44,118 nucleotides of DNA from positions 1-44,118 of the forward strand of contig PFJN01000044.1 of assembly GCA_002783105.1 (NCBI GenBank). The letters are read 5' to 3'. Below, piece after piece: positions 9,183-18,701 of this stretch (positions are counted from its first letter, which is position 1; each line of letters starts with the position of its first letter). The notes beneath the pieces were generated by a model that had not been told where the DNA came from, did not search any database, and saw nothing but the letters and a program-made list of their open reading frames with translations. Source of the stretch: Candidatus Pacebacteria bacterium CG_4_10_14_3_um_filter_34_15 (GTDB lineage: Bacteria > Patescibacteriota > Microgenomatia > UBA1400 > PJMF01). The position numbers were made by a program, and so were the translations under genes.

Positions 9183-9665
9183 TTATCTCCCAAGAAAAAA
9201 AGTAAGTAAAACAAAAATTAGTGTCAGCACACTAAAAATAGATACAAAATATTTAATTTCTTGAGCACTTAATTTTCTTTTGAGTTGGGATAAAAATCTT
9301 GAGTGAAAAAGATCAATACTATTTCTATAAATGATTAATTCAATTAATAAGGTAGTAAGTATTCCTAAAAATAAACCAATGCCTATCTCACTTCCGGTAG
9401 AAGTTACGATGAATATTCCCATGGGTAAAAGTGAAAACATAAACAATACTGAACGCGTAATCAGCTTTATTTCTGTTTCGTTTTTTTCAAGATAATATTT
9501 ATAAAAAACTGCTTCATCTAAATCCATCAAAATTGTTCCTAAAACTGTCCCTACGGTAAAAAATATCAAATTATAGTAACTAATTTCACCCTTAAAAAAA
9601 TTTGCAAGAAAAAATAATCCTAAATAAAACAAAGGAATTAATATTATTTGGGGTTTAATTTTCAG
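9183..9665 (-). CDS. Hypothetical integral membrane protein (~4-5 TM); start uncertain (TTG 9632 or CTG 9665)
   Basis: Hydrophobic ORF with GTILMDLDE and VTSTGS motifs; frame stays open to 9683, with GGGAG 6 nt before the CTG at 9665. Confidence 0.75.
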   Translation of the reverse strand: MKIKPQIILIPLFYLGLFFLANFFKGEISYYNLIFFTVGTVLGTILMDLDEAVFYKYYLEKNETEIKLITRSVLFMFSLLPMGIFIVTSTGSEIGIGLFLGILTTLLIELIIYRNSIDLFHSRFLSQLKRKLSAQEIKYFVSIFSVLTLIFVLLTFFLGR

Positions 9666-10849
9666 ATTTGGCTCCCTGTATATTTATAGTTTACAATTTT
9701 TAAAACTGCTTCGTCAACTAAATTTTTAAATGTTGCGTCACTATCATATCGAACGGATAAATCATTAATGATATTTTTCAACTCTTCTGTTGTCACGGTT
9801 GGACCATAAATTAATACTTCATCTCCTGCTGTTATAGCTTCTCCCGAAACTTTAACCAGATCTTTTGCTTCATTTATATTATTTTTATCAAAACTGGCCG
9901 ATTTCATGTCAAGAGCATCAGAAAAAATTAATATATCTGGATAAACTGCTTTTAATTCACCCACACAATCAGCACTCAAAGAACATGGAATGCCCGGATC
10001 CTGGTTAAGAACTCCAGCGTGAGAAACCATAACTCCAACATGCGGAGATTCATTTATTAGATAGGTATATAGTTTGACATCGTTGTCCAATACTTTAGCA
10101 AAATCAAAACTAGTGTGTAAATCTTTTGTAATGTTTCCAATTCCGGGAAAATGCTTTAGTACTGGCAGAATCTCATAACTATCAAATATCACGGTAAACT
10201 CAAGACTTCTTTCTGCCACCACCGGGTATGAATCAGAACAAATTCTGTCTTTTAATACCTGACTATCGCCAACATCTAAAACTGGTGCCAAAACTATATC
10301 TATACCTGTGTCTTTAAGCTCCTGAGCAGATGTTTTTAGGATTTGTTTGAATTCTTCAATGTCTTCAATGGCACAAAGTTTTTTCCATGAAGGTATTATC
10401 GTGTATCCTGCTCCATTTAATCTTTGTACTTTGCCACCTTCGTGATCGACTGCAAATTTTGGAGATAATAGACTACTTTTATATAAACTTTTAGCTTCAA
10501 CAATTTTTAGTTTTGCACTTTCAGAAGAAATATTCTCTCCAAAAATAGTAATAAATCCAGTCTCTAAATTAACAGCAGATGGAGTGGCCGATTTACTACT
10601 CTCATTTTCAATACTTTCATCAATAACTAAAGGTGACGCTATCATTTGAGCAATTTTTTCTTTTGAAGATAATTGTTTAAAAATATCGGCACCTGACAAA
10701 ACTACTGGCTCCTCAGAAATATTTATCTGCTGTACATCGGTTTCTTTCACATCAAAATATTTTTCGAATGGTCTTGTAAAATAATTAACACCCAGTAAAA
10801 TTAAAACAATAAAAAGTATTCCAATAAAAATGCGTTGTCTAATTTTCAT
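9662..10849 (-). CDS. nagZ: Membrane-anchored GH3 beta-N-acetylhexosaminidase (NagZ-like)
   Basis: AVDHEGGKVQRL, LAPVLDV, KHFPGIG...DLH (Asp-His dyad), IFSDALDM (nucleophile); N-terminal TM from ATG 10849. Confidence 0.85.
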   Translation of the reverse strand: MKIRQRIFIGILFIVLILLGVNYFTRPFEKYFDVKETDVQQINISEEPVVLSGADIFKQLSSKEKIAQMIASPLVIDESIENESSKSATPSAVNLETGFITIFGENISSESAKLKIVEAKSLYKSSLLSPKFAVDHEGGKVQRLNGAGYTIIPSWKKLCAIEDIEEFKQILKTSAQELKDTGIDIVLAPVLDVGDSQVLKDRICSDSYPVVAERSLEFTVIFDSYEILPVLKHFPGIGNITKDLHTSFDFAKVLDNDVKLYTYLINESPHVGVMVSHAGVLNQDPGIPCSLSADCVGELKAVYPDILIFSDALDMKSASFDKNNINEAKDLVKVSGEAITAGDEVLIYGPTVTTEELKNIINDLSVRYDSDATFKNLVDEAVLKIVNYKYTGSQI

Positions 10850-11189
10850 CTTTGAGTTGTTTAACCTTCCACATAAATAATCTTGCCTTACTTTTTGCCA
10901 AACCTGCATCCGTTACAAATGACAATGCTCTCTCCAAAATTCCTCTGTCAACGGTTTTTGCCATTCCAATATACAAACTTTTATGGCTCATGTCATTAAG
11001 TGCTACTGCCAATCTATAACCAAAGTCTTGAAATTCCTGAGTTATATATCCTCCCTTGTCTTTTAAATTATATTTTTTCAATAATGAACCGATTTCACTA
11101 AAGCCTTTTTTCTTTTTTTTCAATGGTTCATTAAATCCAAGATCCATCTGAGTTGAATCTTGTTTAATTGAAACTGATTTTTTAGACAT
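10839..11189 (-). CDS. Hypothetical basic protein
   Basis: ORF overlapping both neighbours; EFQDFGYRLA..L.D..HKSLYI...ARLFMW pattern; start at 11189 or 11207. Confidence 0.8.
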   Translation of the reverse strand: MSKKSVSIKQDSTQMDLGFNEPLKKKKKGFSEIGSLLKKYNLKDKGGYITQEFQDFGYRLAVALNDMSHKSLYIGMAKTVDRGILERALSFVTDAGLAKSKARLFMWKVKQLKDEN

Positions 11190-12411
11190 AATCTGGTTTT
11201 TTTTCACTAATTAACATACCTACCAATATAGCAACTCCAGCGAATACAAAAATTGAGTTCCATGACGAAAAGAAAAGAAAGAATATTCCAAATAGTGACC
11301 AAAAAATAATTCTAACAAAATTTAAAATCATTTCCAAATAAGTAAAATATTCATCAGATAAATGACCTTTACCACGTTTCATAAACATTGAGTCAAAAAA
11401 TAGTGAATACACGTTTGTGGCTAATCTATCAAATGTGTCTACCAGAGCTATACTCCAAACATCAAAAACCTGAGTTCTTACTAACCATAAAAATGAAATA
11501 AATCCTCCTGACATGTAAAAAGGTCTTTTATTTTTATGATGGTCGATATACTTTCCAATAAAGAATGTAAAAGTCATCGCCAAAAATAATGAAAATGTGT
11601 ATAAATAGCCAACTCTATCTACCGATCCTAAAAGGAAAAAAATGTATAAAGACCATAAATATATAATAGAGTCATTAATATTTCTTCCAGAGTTAGCAAT
11701 TCCTAATTGAAGAAATTTTTTATTCTTTATCCAGATCATAAAATTAGCAAAACTCACATTATTTTTACGAACTTTTGCGTCCATCATTAGTGCAAAAACA
11801 CTTGATAAAAGATTTATCGCAATCCCAATTAAGAACAGATATTCAAATCCAATCAAATATACAATTACGCCACTAATGGCTGGGGAAATCATTGCAACTG
11901 ATTGCAACAAAAACCGTATTAAACTCAGATCTTTACCCATGTTACTTTTATGAGCTGTTTTACTTAATAAAGAAAAATAACCTGGCCAAAAAAACTGAGA
12001 GTTTACACCATCGATAATTGCCGATACCAAGACATAAATAGGATTTGCTTTTGATAAATAAAGCGTCACAAACATCAATATTCTTAAAAATAATGATAAA
12101 ACAAAACTTCTTTGATAGCCAATTTTTCCCAACATTTTTCCAGAAAATATTCCAAAAGATAAACCCACTACTCCATAAACAACATAATAAAAAGATATGG
12201 TCAGCATTCCTCTTTGAAAATCTGTAAATGGAAGGAATGACAGAAAGCTTGTTTCAGAACCAATCATAAAAAGAAAAATTGGCAGAAAAAACAGAGCCAT
12301 CTTATTTACTAAATCTCTAGTTACTCTTATTCCATAAAGTAACTTCATGTTTTTACTATCATCATAAGTAATATGAGGCAAATGAAGATGGTGAGCTCTA
12401 ATTCTAGGCAT
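11182..12411 (-). CDS. MFS transporter
   Basis: 409 aa with ~12 hydrophobic segments; motif-A-like GKMLGKIGYQR and GKYIDHHKNKR loops; His-rich N-terminus. Confidence 0.85.
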   Translation of the reverse strand: MPRIRAHHLHLPHITYDDSKNMKLLYGIRVTRDLVNKMALFFLPIFLFMIGSETSFLSFLPFTDFQRGMLTISFYYVVYGVVGLSFGIFSGKMLGKIGYQRSFVLSLFLRILMFVTLYLSKANPIYVLVSAIIDGVNSQFFWPGYFSLLSKTAHKSNMGKDLSLIRFLLQSVAMISPAISGVIVYLIGFEYLFLIGIAINLLSSVFALMMDAKVRKNNVSFANFMIWIKNKKFLQLGIANSGRNINDSIIYLWSLYIFFLLGSVDRVGYLYTFSLFLAMTFTFFIGKYIDHHKNKRPFYMSGGFISFLWLVRTQVFDVWSIALVDTFDRLATNVYSLFFDSMFMKRGKGHLSDEYFTYLEMILNFVRIIFWSLFGIFFLFFSSWNSIFVFAGVAILVGMLISEKKPDYV

Positions 12412-12420
12412 AAATTATTT

Positions 12421-12957
12421 CTACTTGACTAAGTTCATCAATCTTTTGACAACTTCCATTTTTACAAAATTAAATTTTTGAGTTTCATTTACATTAAATT
12501 TCTGTAAAACATAGACTGGAGAGGACATTGTCCTATCACCCTCTCTTGTATCAATTCCAATTCGAACGTGCCAAAAATTTTTAGTTCCCAAGTGTTGATA
12601 AATGGACATTAGGCCGTTGTGTCCTACTGGACCACTGCCAAATTTAATTTTAAAATCTCCCAAGGCTATATCTAGATCATCATGAATTACATAAAGATTT
12701 TCGTAGCTTGTCTGAGGTTTTTTGAGATAATAATCCAAAACTGCCTTGACTGAAAATCCAGAACCATTCATAAAGGTTTGCGGTTTGACGAATATATTTT
12801 GATCTAGTTTGCAAACTTCTGACTGCAGCTTTTTTTTAAGAGAAAAATTTGGACAACCCAGAGTTTCGCTCAAGTTTTGAATAATCTCAAATCCAACATT
12901 ATGCCTGGAATTATTATAAATGTCTCCCGGATTACCTAGTCCTGCAACAATATTCAT
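12421..12957 (-). CDS. pth: Peptidyl-tRNA hydrolase
   Basis: GLGNPG, RHNVGF, KPQTFMNGSG, HDDLD, GHNGL, RIGI. Confidence 0.97.
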   Translation of the reverse strand: MNIVAGLGNPGDIYNNSRHNVGFEIIQNLSETLGCPNFSLKKKLQSEVCKLDQNIFVKPQTFMNGSGFSVKAVLDYYLKKPQTSYENLYVIHDDLDIALGDFKIKFGSGPVGHNGLMSIYQHLGTKNFWHVRIGIDTREGDRTMSSPVYVLQKFNVNETQKFNFVKMEVVKRLMNLVK

Positions 12958-12999
12958 ATTTAATCTTCTATCTTATTTAATACATTGTAACAGTCTCCC

Positions 13000-13008
13000 T
13001 GTTATAAT
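13000..13008 (+). promoter_or_regulatory. Extended -10 (TGtTATAAT), leaderless-type
   Basis: Box ends 7 nt before the ATG at 13016; no SD. Confidence 0.6.
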
Positions 13009-13015
13009 ACATAAT

Positions 13016-13753
13016 ATGAAAAATAGTCCATTCTTCTCAATTGTAATTCCAACATTAAATGAAGAAGAGTACCTGCCCCATCTACTAATTGATCTTAGTT
13101 TACAAACATATAAAGATTTTGAAATCATTCATATTGACGGAAAATCTGAGGACAAAACTGTTGAGTTTGCAAGCAAATTTAATGTAGTAACCAAAATTGT
13201 GAGAGTTAGAAATGTCAGCTACCAAAGAAATGTTGGTACCAAACTTGCAAAAGGAAAATGGATAATCTTTATGGATGCTGATAATAGATTAGATTCGTCA
13301 TTTTTAAAAAATATCAAACTTCAAATATCCAAATATAAAACTATTGATATTTTTAACACCTTAGTAAAGATTGATGAAAATAGAATTATGGAAACAATGG
13401 CCAACTTGTGGCTTCTGTTTAATGATAAATTTGAAAAAAAAGCTGCCTATGGAGCTATGATTGGTGTAAAAACCCACCTTGCTTTAAAATTTCCTTTTGA
13501 TGAAAAACAGAAATTAATGGAGGATAGCATTTTTGTACAAAACTTGATCAATAAAGGTTGCGTTTTTAAAATTTTCAAAAACCCAAGATATTTACTTTCA
13601 ATTAGAAGAATTAACTCCGATGGTATTTTAAAAACAATTAAAAATAATTCTAAATCAATTAATCACTACTATATTAAAGGAAAAGATTTCAAAAATTCTA
13701 ACTGTGAATATAAAATGAACGGAGGAACCAAGATTTCTAAAAAACTAGACTAA
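13016..13753 (+). CDS. Glycosyltransferase family 2
   Basis: FSIVIPTLNEE, EIIHIDGKSEDKT, RNVG, IFMDAD (DxD), ED. ATG 13016 avoids overlap with pth. Confidence 0.92.
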   Translation: MKNSPFFSIVIPTLNEEEYLPHLLIDLSLQTYKDFEIIHIDGKSEDKTVEFASKFNVVTKIVRVRNVSYQRNVGTKLAKGKWIIFMDADNRLDSSFLKNIKLQISKYKTIDIFNTLVKIDENRIMETMANLWLLFNDKFEKKAAYGAMIGVKTHLALKFPFDEKQKLMEDSIFVQNLINKGCVFKIFKNPRYLLSIRRINSDGILKTIKNNSKSINHYYIKGKDFKNSNCEYKMNGGTKISKKLD

Positions 13754-13754
13754 T

Positions 13755-14972
13755 TTATAGATTAATTTTAGACTTTAAATACTTTCCCACTGATCTTCTT
13801 TCTTTTTTCTCAGTTATCAATTTTCTGTACAGCTCAAGATGTTGCTTTGCAGAATTTGCGATGGAATATTCTTTCGCTAGTTGGATCGAACTCTTAGACA
13901 TTTCTTTTTGTAATTTTGCATCTAATAAAATTTTTGATATTTTATCTGAAAATTCATCGGCATTATCTCCATCTACAAGATAACCATTGTTGTGAATCAT
14001 CTCTACAAGACCTCTAGAATGAGCAGCCACTATTGGAAGACCAAAATTCATTGCTTCAATAATACTCACTGGTTGAACTTCACTATGACTGGCCGTTACA
14101 AAAACCTTAGCAAGCTTAAAGATTCCTTTTCTAACTAAATCCAAATTTTTTAGTTCTCCAGAAAAAATTACCTGTTTCTTTATATTGAGGTCTGATACAA
14201 GTTTTTGAAGACGTTTTAAGTCTGGACCACCTCCAACAATTAATAGTTTTGAATCTGGAATTTTTTTTATTACAATTGCGAAACTTTTGATCAAGGTTTC
14301 GATATTTTTTTCAAGGCTAACTCTGCCAACATATAAAATTATTTTAGATTTTGAGAGTGAATATTTTTTAATAAAGTCTTTTTGCTGTTCCTTGTATAAC
14401 TCCACATTTAAAAAATTGACAGCATTTCTAATAACGTTTATAGGGCCAGAAAAATCGTGACCTAGAAGATCATTTTTAACAAAACTTGAAGGGGTAACTA
14501 CGACGTCTGCTCGATCATAAAATGTTTTAGCCAATGACCACAACATTTTTTGAACTGTCCCAACACCTCGATTCTTGATTCCCCAAACTCGCAAATATTC
14601 TGGCTCCATGAAATATCCATGAAAAGCGGCTACAGATTTTATGTTAACTAGTTTAGAGTAAAAAAGACCAATACTTCCGACTGTTCCAGGACCAATTATA
14701 TGAACAATATCTGGAGAAAACTTTTTCAAGACACTAAAAAGCTCCCTAGAAAACATACCCAACATTAATTCTGGATAAACAACCGCAGGAATTGAAGGCA
14801 AAAAAATAATTTTAATGCCTTTTAGCTTCACTGTTTTACTTCCTTTTGCCTTTGGAGTAATTACTAGAACCTCATGTCCTTGTTTTACAAATTCTTGAGT
14901 CAAGTGAACCAAACTATTGGTGACACCATCAACGTGTGGCAAAAACATATCAGCAAAAACGGCAATTTTCAT
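13755..14972 (-). CDS. Glycosyltransferase family 4 (diacylglycerol glucosyltransferase/PimB-like)
   Basis: MKIAVFADMFLPHVDGVT, YVGRVSLEKN, IVGGGP, SEVQPVSIIEAM (EX7E). Confidence 0.92.
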   Translation of the reverse strand: MKIAVFADMFLPHVDGVTNSLVHLTQEFVKQGHEVLVITPKAKGSKTVKLKGIKIIFLPSIPAVVYPELMLGMFSRELFSVLKKFSPDIVHIIGPGTVGSIGLFYSKLVNIKSVAAFHGYFMEPEYLRVWGIKNRGVGTVQKMLWSLAKTFYDRADVVVTPSSFVKNDLLGHDFSGPINVIRNAVNFLNVELYKEQQKDFIKKYSLSKSKIILYVGRVSLEKNIETLIKSFAIVIKKIPDSKLLIVGGGPDLKRLQKLVSDLNIKKQVIFSGELKNLDLVRKGIFKLAKVFVTASHSEVQPVSIIEAMNFGLPIVAAHSRGLVEMIHNNGYLVDGDNADEFSDKISKILLDAKLQKEMSKSSIQLAKEYSIANSAKQHLELYRKLITEKKERRSVGKYLKSKINL

Positions 14973-14985
14973 AGGCTATATTATA

Positions 14986-16908
14986 CTAAAATTTATCTAA
15001 CTCGTTAATTTGAGTTGCGTCCGTCCAGTTTTTATCATCTCTAAACTTGATTAATCTTGGAAAACGCATTGCAAAGCCCGCCGTATGACTTGGTGATTTG
15101 GTAATTTCATCGGCAGCAATCTCTACCACCAGTTCAGGGATTAACCAAACATCTGGCAACAAAATTTTTGCTACTTCATAATTATCTGGTTTTTCTTTGG
15201 TTTCCAACAAATCTATGCGCTTCTTCAAATCTTTAAACTGCTCATCAGTTAGACCCGTACCAACTTTGCCAATTGTTTTGACTTCTTGTTTCTCATTAAG
15301 AACTCCCGCCAAAAATGCTCCCACTCCAAATTGTGAGCGTTTACCCCGTCCAAAATAATAACCCATAACAACTAAATCTAAAGTATCTTTCAGTTTTCCT
15401 GAAGTACCTTCTTCCTCTTTTATTTTAACCCACTGCCAACCTTTTCTGCCACTTTTATAACTAGAATTTCGCTGCTTCATTACAGCTCCTTCCAGCCCAC
15501 TCCCCAACTGTAACCCATGAAATTCTTTTAGAATCTTCGGGTCGCTAATCACCGAAGCTTTTGTATACCTAATGGTGTCATTATCTTTGAATAGATCTCT
15601 TAGTAGCTCTTTTCTTGATTGCAACTTTTCATCTAAAAGAGAGCTATTGTTTAAAAATAAACAATCAAAAACATAAAATCTTATGGGTACTTTTTTTGAC
15701 TGTTCTACCACTAAGTGCTTTCGTTTTCTGGTAATTGTTTCTTGAAAAGACAATAGTTTTCCTGTCTCATTGTCATAGCCAATTGCTTCAGCATCCAAAA
15801 TACAATTAGCACAATTTAAGGTTTTTGCCACAGTTTCGAGTTCCGGAAACATATGCGTAACATCTTCTAAATTTCTTGTAAACGCTCTTATGTTTATAAT
15901 GTTTCCAGCAGTATCTTTGTCACCGCCCATACCTAAAATATTAAAACCATTTTTTGAATAATGAATTTGAATTCGCAGTCCATCATATTTTGGTTCAGCA
16001 AAAACTTCACCCATTTTTGCAATTATTTCTTCGGATGAATTTAATCTTTGACACAAAGCTGGAATAACTGGAGTTCCAACTACAACTAAATAATTGCTGT
16101 TTAACTTAGATGCTAATTTTGAAGGAAAATCACTTTTTGAAACTTTTTTTAGATTTCGCGAAATTTTAATATATGTTTTTGCTAATTCACCTACATCTGC
16201 TCTTTTTTGATATGCATTTTCAAGTAAGTTTCTGTGATCTTTGCTTCCAAGAACCGACCAAGATAGCGCGTCAAGCATTGTCATCGCCGAGAATCCAAGC
16301 CTAAGCTTTCCAATTACTATTCTTGCAACAAATTTTGAAGAAATAGGATCTAAATTCATCAACAATTCTGATAGTTTATTTACTTTTCTATTTTGAGAAC
16401 CCGATCCATTGTCTAAAGCAATTTTTTTAAGTTTTTCGTAAACATCTAAAACTGACAGATCATTTCTTAGGTTTGCGCCACTTTTCTCAGCTATCGATCT
16501 AAATTTTGTCACAATTTCTTTTGTAGCATTGCCAACATCACCACTTTTTTTATAGTCTTTAGTAATTTTTATTATTTCTGAATCTAAAGATAATTCTTTA
16601 AAATCTGGATCAACCTCTTCAAAAAGACTTGACTCAAAATCATTTAAATTATTATTTTTGTCGAATGCACCAGCAATAGCACTCTTTGATTCTAATCTTG
16701 CCAATGCCCTAATAACCATCTTGACAGAAAGTTGAAATTCTAATGATAAATATAACGGAACCAGGCTACCTTGCATCAAATAACTTGCTTGAGTTACTTC
16801 TTCATCTTCTAATACATTAAACAAATCTGCCAACTGATACATCATTTCTAGACGAGATGGTGTGCTTTCCAATTTTTCGAGGTAATTTGAGAATTTACTA
16901 AATAACAT
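14986..16908 (-). CDS. lig: ATP-dependent DNA ligase (archaeal/eukaryotic LigI-like architecture with N-terminal DNA-binding domain)
   Basis: Motif I EPKYDGLR, III ILDAEAIG, IIIa FYVFDCLF, IV LEGAVMK, V WVKIK...DTLDLVVMG, KVGTG, VI MRFPRL..RDDK. Confidence 0.95.
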   Translation of the reverse strand: MLFSKFSNYLEKLESTPSRLEMMYQLADLFNVLEDEEVTQASYLMQGSLVPLYLSLEFQLSVKMVIRALARLESKSAIAGAFDKNNNLNDFESSLFEEVDPDFKELSLDSEIIKITKDYKKSGDVGNATKEIVTKFRSIAEKSGANLRNDLSVLDVYEKLKKIALDNGSGSQNRKVNKLSELLMNLDPISSKFVARIVIGKLRLGFSAMTMLDALSWSVLGSKDHRNLLENAYQKRADVGELAKTYIKISRNLKKVSKSDFPSKLASKLNSNYLVVVGTPVIPALCQRLNSSEEIIAKMGEVFAEPKYDGLRIQIHYSKNGFNILGMGGDKDTAGNIINIRAFTRNLEDVTHMFPELETVAKTLNCANCILDAEAIGYDNETGKLLSFQETITRKRKHLVVEQSKKVPIRFYVFDCLFLNNSSLLDEKLQSRKELLRDLFKDNDTIRYTKASVISDPKILKEFHGLQLGSGLEGAVMKQRNSSYKSGRKGWQWVKIKEEEGTSGKLKDTLDLVVMGYYFGRGKRSQFGVGAFLAGVLNEKQEVKTIGKVGTGLTDEQFKDLKKRIDLLETKEKPDNYEVAKILLPDVWLIPELVVEIAADEITKSPSHTAGFAMRFPRLIKFRDDKNWTDATQINELDKF

Positions 16909-16953
16909 AAGTCAGTTTAACACAACATACTTGTTGCGAAATATAATTAGAAA

Positions 16954-18045
16954 TCAATCTACCAACTTGTAACTTACACCCTTGGTAACGCCGTGTTTTT
17001 CAATAACTTTTTTATCAATTAAATCTTTAAGATCTCTTAAGATCGTATCAACTGAGACGTTTGGTAGAACCATTTTCATGTCGTCTGACGTAACATCATC
17101 CTGATTTTGAAAAAGCTCCAATAAAATTATTTGTCTTTCTGATAGGGCAACTTGCTTACCAAGTTGTTTCTTTAATTTTAAATCTTTTGACAGTCTCATC
17201 ACCTGATTTCTAATTTTATCTATTTCGATTGCGAGTCCGTAGCAAAAATATTCTAGCCAATAGCTTAAGTCATTATTTTTGCTTTGTTGAACTGACAATA
17301 AAGCCTGGTAGTAGGCTTCAACATCGCTATCAAAATATTGTTCAATAGAAAAGAATTTTTTAAAATCATAATCTAGTGAGTACATTATCAGCGATGCCAT
17401 CGCTCTAGCTGTTCGGCCATTGCCCTCAATAAAAGGATGAATATAAACCAACTGATAATGAACAATTGCTGCCCTAAAAATTGGGTGAATTTGTTGAGCT
17501 TCATCGCTATTAACCCAAGTGAAAAAGTCTTCAATTAAATAAGGTATTTCCATTGAAACCGGTGGACGGTAAATAATATTTTCATTTAACGCACTTTTAA
17601 TAATCACTTGTTTATCTCTGTAAACCCCAGCATATTTATCGTCAACCAAATTAGCTACAGTCAATTTGTGAATTGTTTTAAGGGTACTTTCGGTAAAAAT
17701 AGTCTTTAAATTTCCACTTCGTTGTTTATCAATCCATGAAATAACATTTCGATAATTTAAAACCTCTTGGATATCTCTAGCTCTGGCCATAATGCCAGTT
17801 TTTTCAGCTATTTCGGATGTATCGACAATGTTTTCCATTCTAACAACTTGCTGAGCCTGTTCCTTTGTTAGATCGTTTCCCTCAATTTTAGTGCCATAAT
17901 GAACAGTTCTAGTAAATGCCTCATCTCTAAATTTTGCCTCCCATGCAGGAACCAAAGGAGAATGATCAATAAGAGTCTTTGAAGACTCAATTCTTGAAAT
18001 ATAAGTAAGAAGATTGCTTGTAATTTTGAACTCTGGCTGGTACAT
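16954..18045 (-). CDS. Fic family protein with C-terminal winged HTH
   Basis: HPFIEGNGRTAR active-site motif; N-terminal GTKIEGN (inhibitory helix-like); C-terminal VSVDTILRDLKDL...GVTKG. Confidence 0.94.
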   Translation of the reverse strand: MYQPEFKITSNLLTYISRIESSKTLIDHSPLVPAWEAKFRDEAFTRTVHYGTKIEGNDLTKEQAQQVVRMENIVDTSEIAEKTGIMARARDIQEVLNYRNVISWIDKQRSGNLKTIFTESTLKTIHKLTVANLVDDKYAGVYRDKQVIIKSALNENIIYRPPVSMEIPYLIEDFFTWVNSDEAQQIHPIFRAAIVHYQLVYIHPFIEGNGRTARAMASLIMYSLDYDFKKFFSIEQYFDSDVEAYYQALLSVQQSKNNDLSYWLEYFCYGLAIEIDKIRNQVMRLSKDLKLKKQLGKQVALSERQIILLELFQNQDDVTSDDMKMVLPNVSVDTILRDLKDLIDKKVIEKHGVTKGVSYKLVD

Positions 18046-18109
18046 CTAAGGACAGAGTATAACTTATTATTGCAAATTTTGCAGAGATAAAATCTAACCC
18101 AATGCTTTA

Positions 18110-18370
18110 TCAACCATATAATTCACTATGGGTACCAATTAAACCAAAAATAATTACCACTTCACCTTTTTTTAAATAAAGTGCTCTTAAATCACCACTT
18201 ATATTCATACTCCAATATCCCTTAAAGAAACCTTTTAATGGATGAATTCGCAGTTTGTGATTAGTTGGTTCAATTAAAAAAAGTCTAAGACGATCGTCAA
18301 ACTGCTGTTGAAATTTTTGAGGTAATTTTTTGTATTGTTTTTTAAACTTTAGAGCATACTGAATAGTCAT
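18110..18370 (-). CDS. Type II toxin, RelE/YafQ family mRNA interferase
   Basis: FKKQYKKL, LRIHPLKG, WSMNISGDLRALY, C-terminal IGTHSELY. Confidence 0.92.
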   Translation of the reverse strand: MTIQYALKFKKQYKKLPQKFQQQFDDRLRLFLIEPTNHKLRIHPLKGFFKGYWSMNISGDLRALYLKKGEVVIIFGLIGTHSELYG

Positions 18371-18379
18371 AAATAAACA

Positions 18380-18649
18380 TTATTTTTTAAGATCTACCAA
18401 AAAATCATCGGCATTATTAAACTGGTCACTAACTTTGCCAGATTTTAATTCAGCTTCTACTTCAGATATAAAATCCTCCAGGTTGGGAGTCATCTTTTCG
18501 GGAGCATATAACTCAATACGTCCAGTAACTATAACTTGACGCAGATATGCATTAATCATAGTACTCAAAGAAATTCCAATACTCTGAGCAATTTGCTGTG
18601 CCGCATTCTTCACATCTTTATCAGTTCTTACGCTAATTACTGTATTCAT
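18380..18649 (-). CDS. Type II antitoxin, RelB/DinJ family
   Basis: RHH-like N-terminus ISVRTDKDVKNAAQQIAQSIGISLSTMINAYLRQ and acidic C-terminus, directly upstream of the toxin; ATG 18649 lies 7 nt after the -10 box. Confidence 0.9.
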   Translation of the reverse strand: MNTVISVRTDKDVKNAAQQIAQSIGISLSTMINAYLRQVIVTGRIELYAPEKMTPNLEDFISEVEAELKSGKVSDQFNNADDFLVDLKK

Positions 18650-18684
18650 ACTACATAGTATATACTTTGTAGTATGAATGTCAA
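18644..18684 (-). promoter_or_regulatory. TA promoter (TTGACA-16-TATACT) with overlapping 36-bp palindromic operator
   Basis: ATTCATACTACATAGTATATACTTTGTAGTATGAAT (18644-18679) is palindromic except for one pair; minus-strand -35 at 18684-18679 and -10 at 18662-18657. Confidence 0.85.
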
Positions 18685-18701
18685 TAAGGATCATTAAAGG
18701 T

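Noticed and set aside
16921-16938. Small hairpin CGCAACA-AGTA-TGTTGTG (minus strand) between fic and lig
   Set aside because: Weak stem and no convincing U-tract; not enough to call a terminator.
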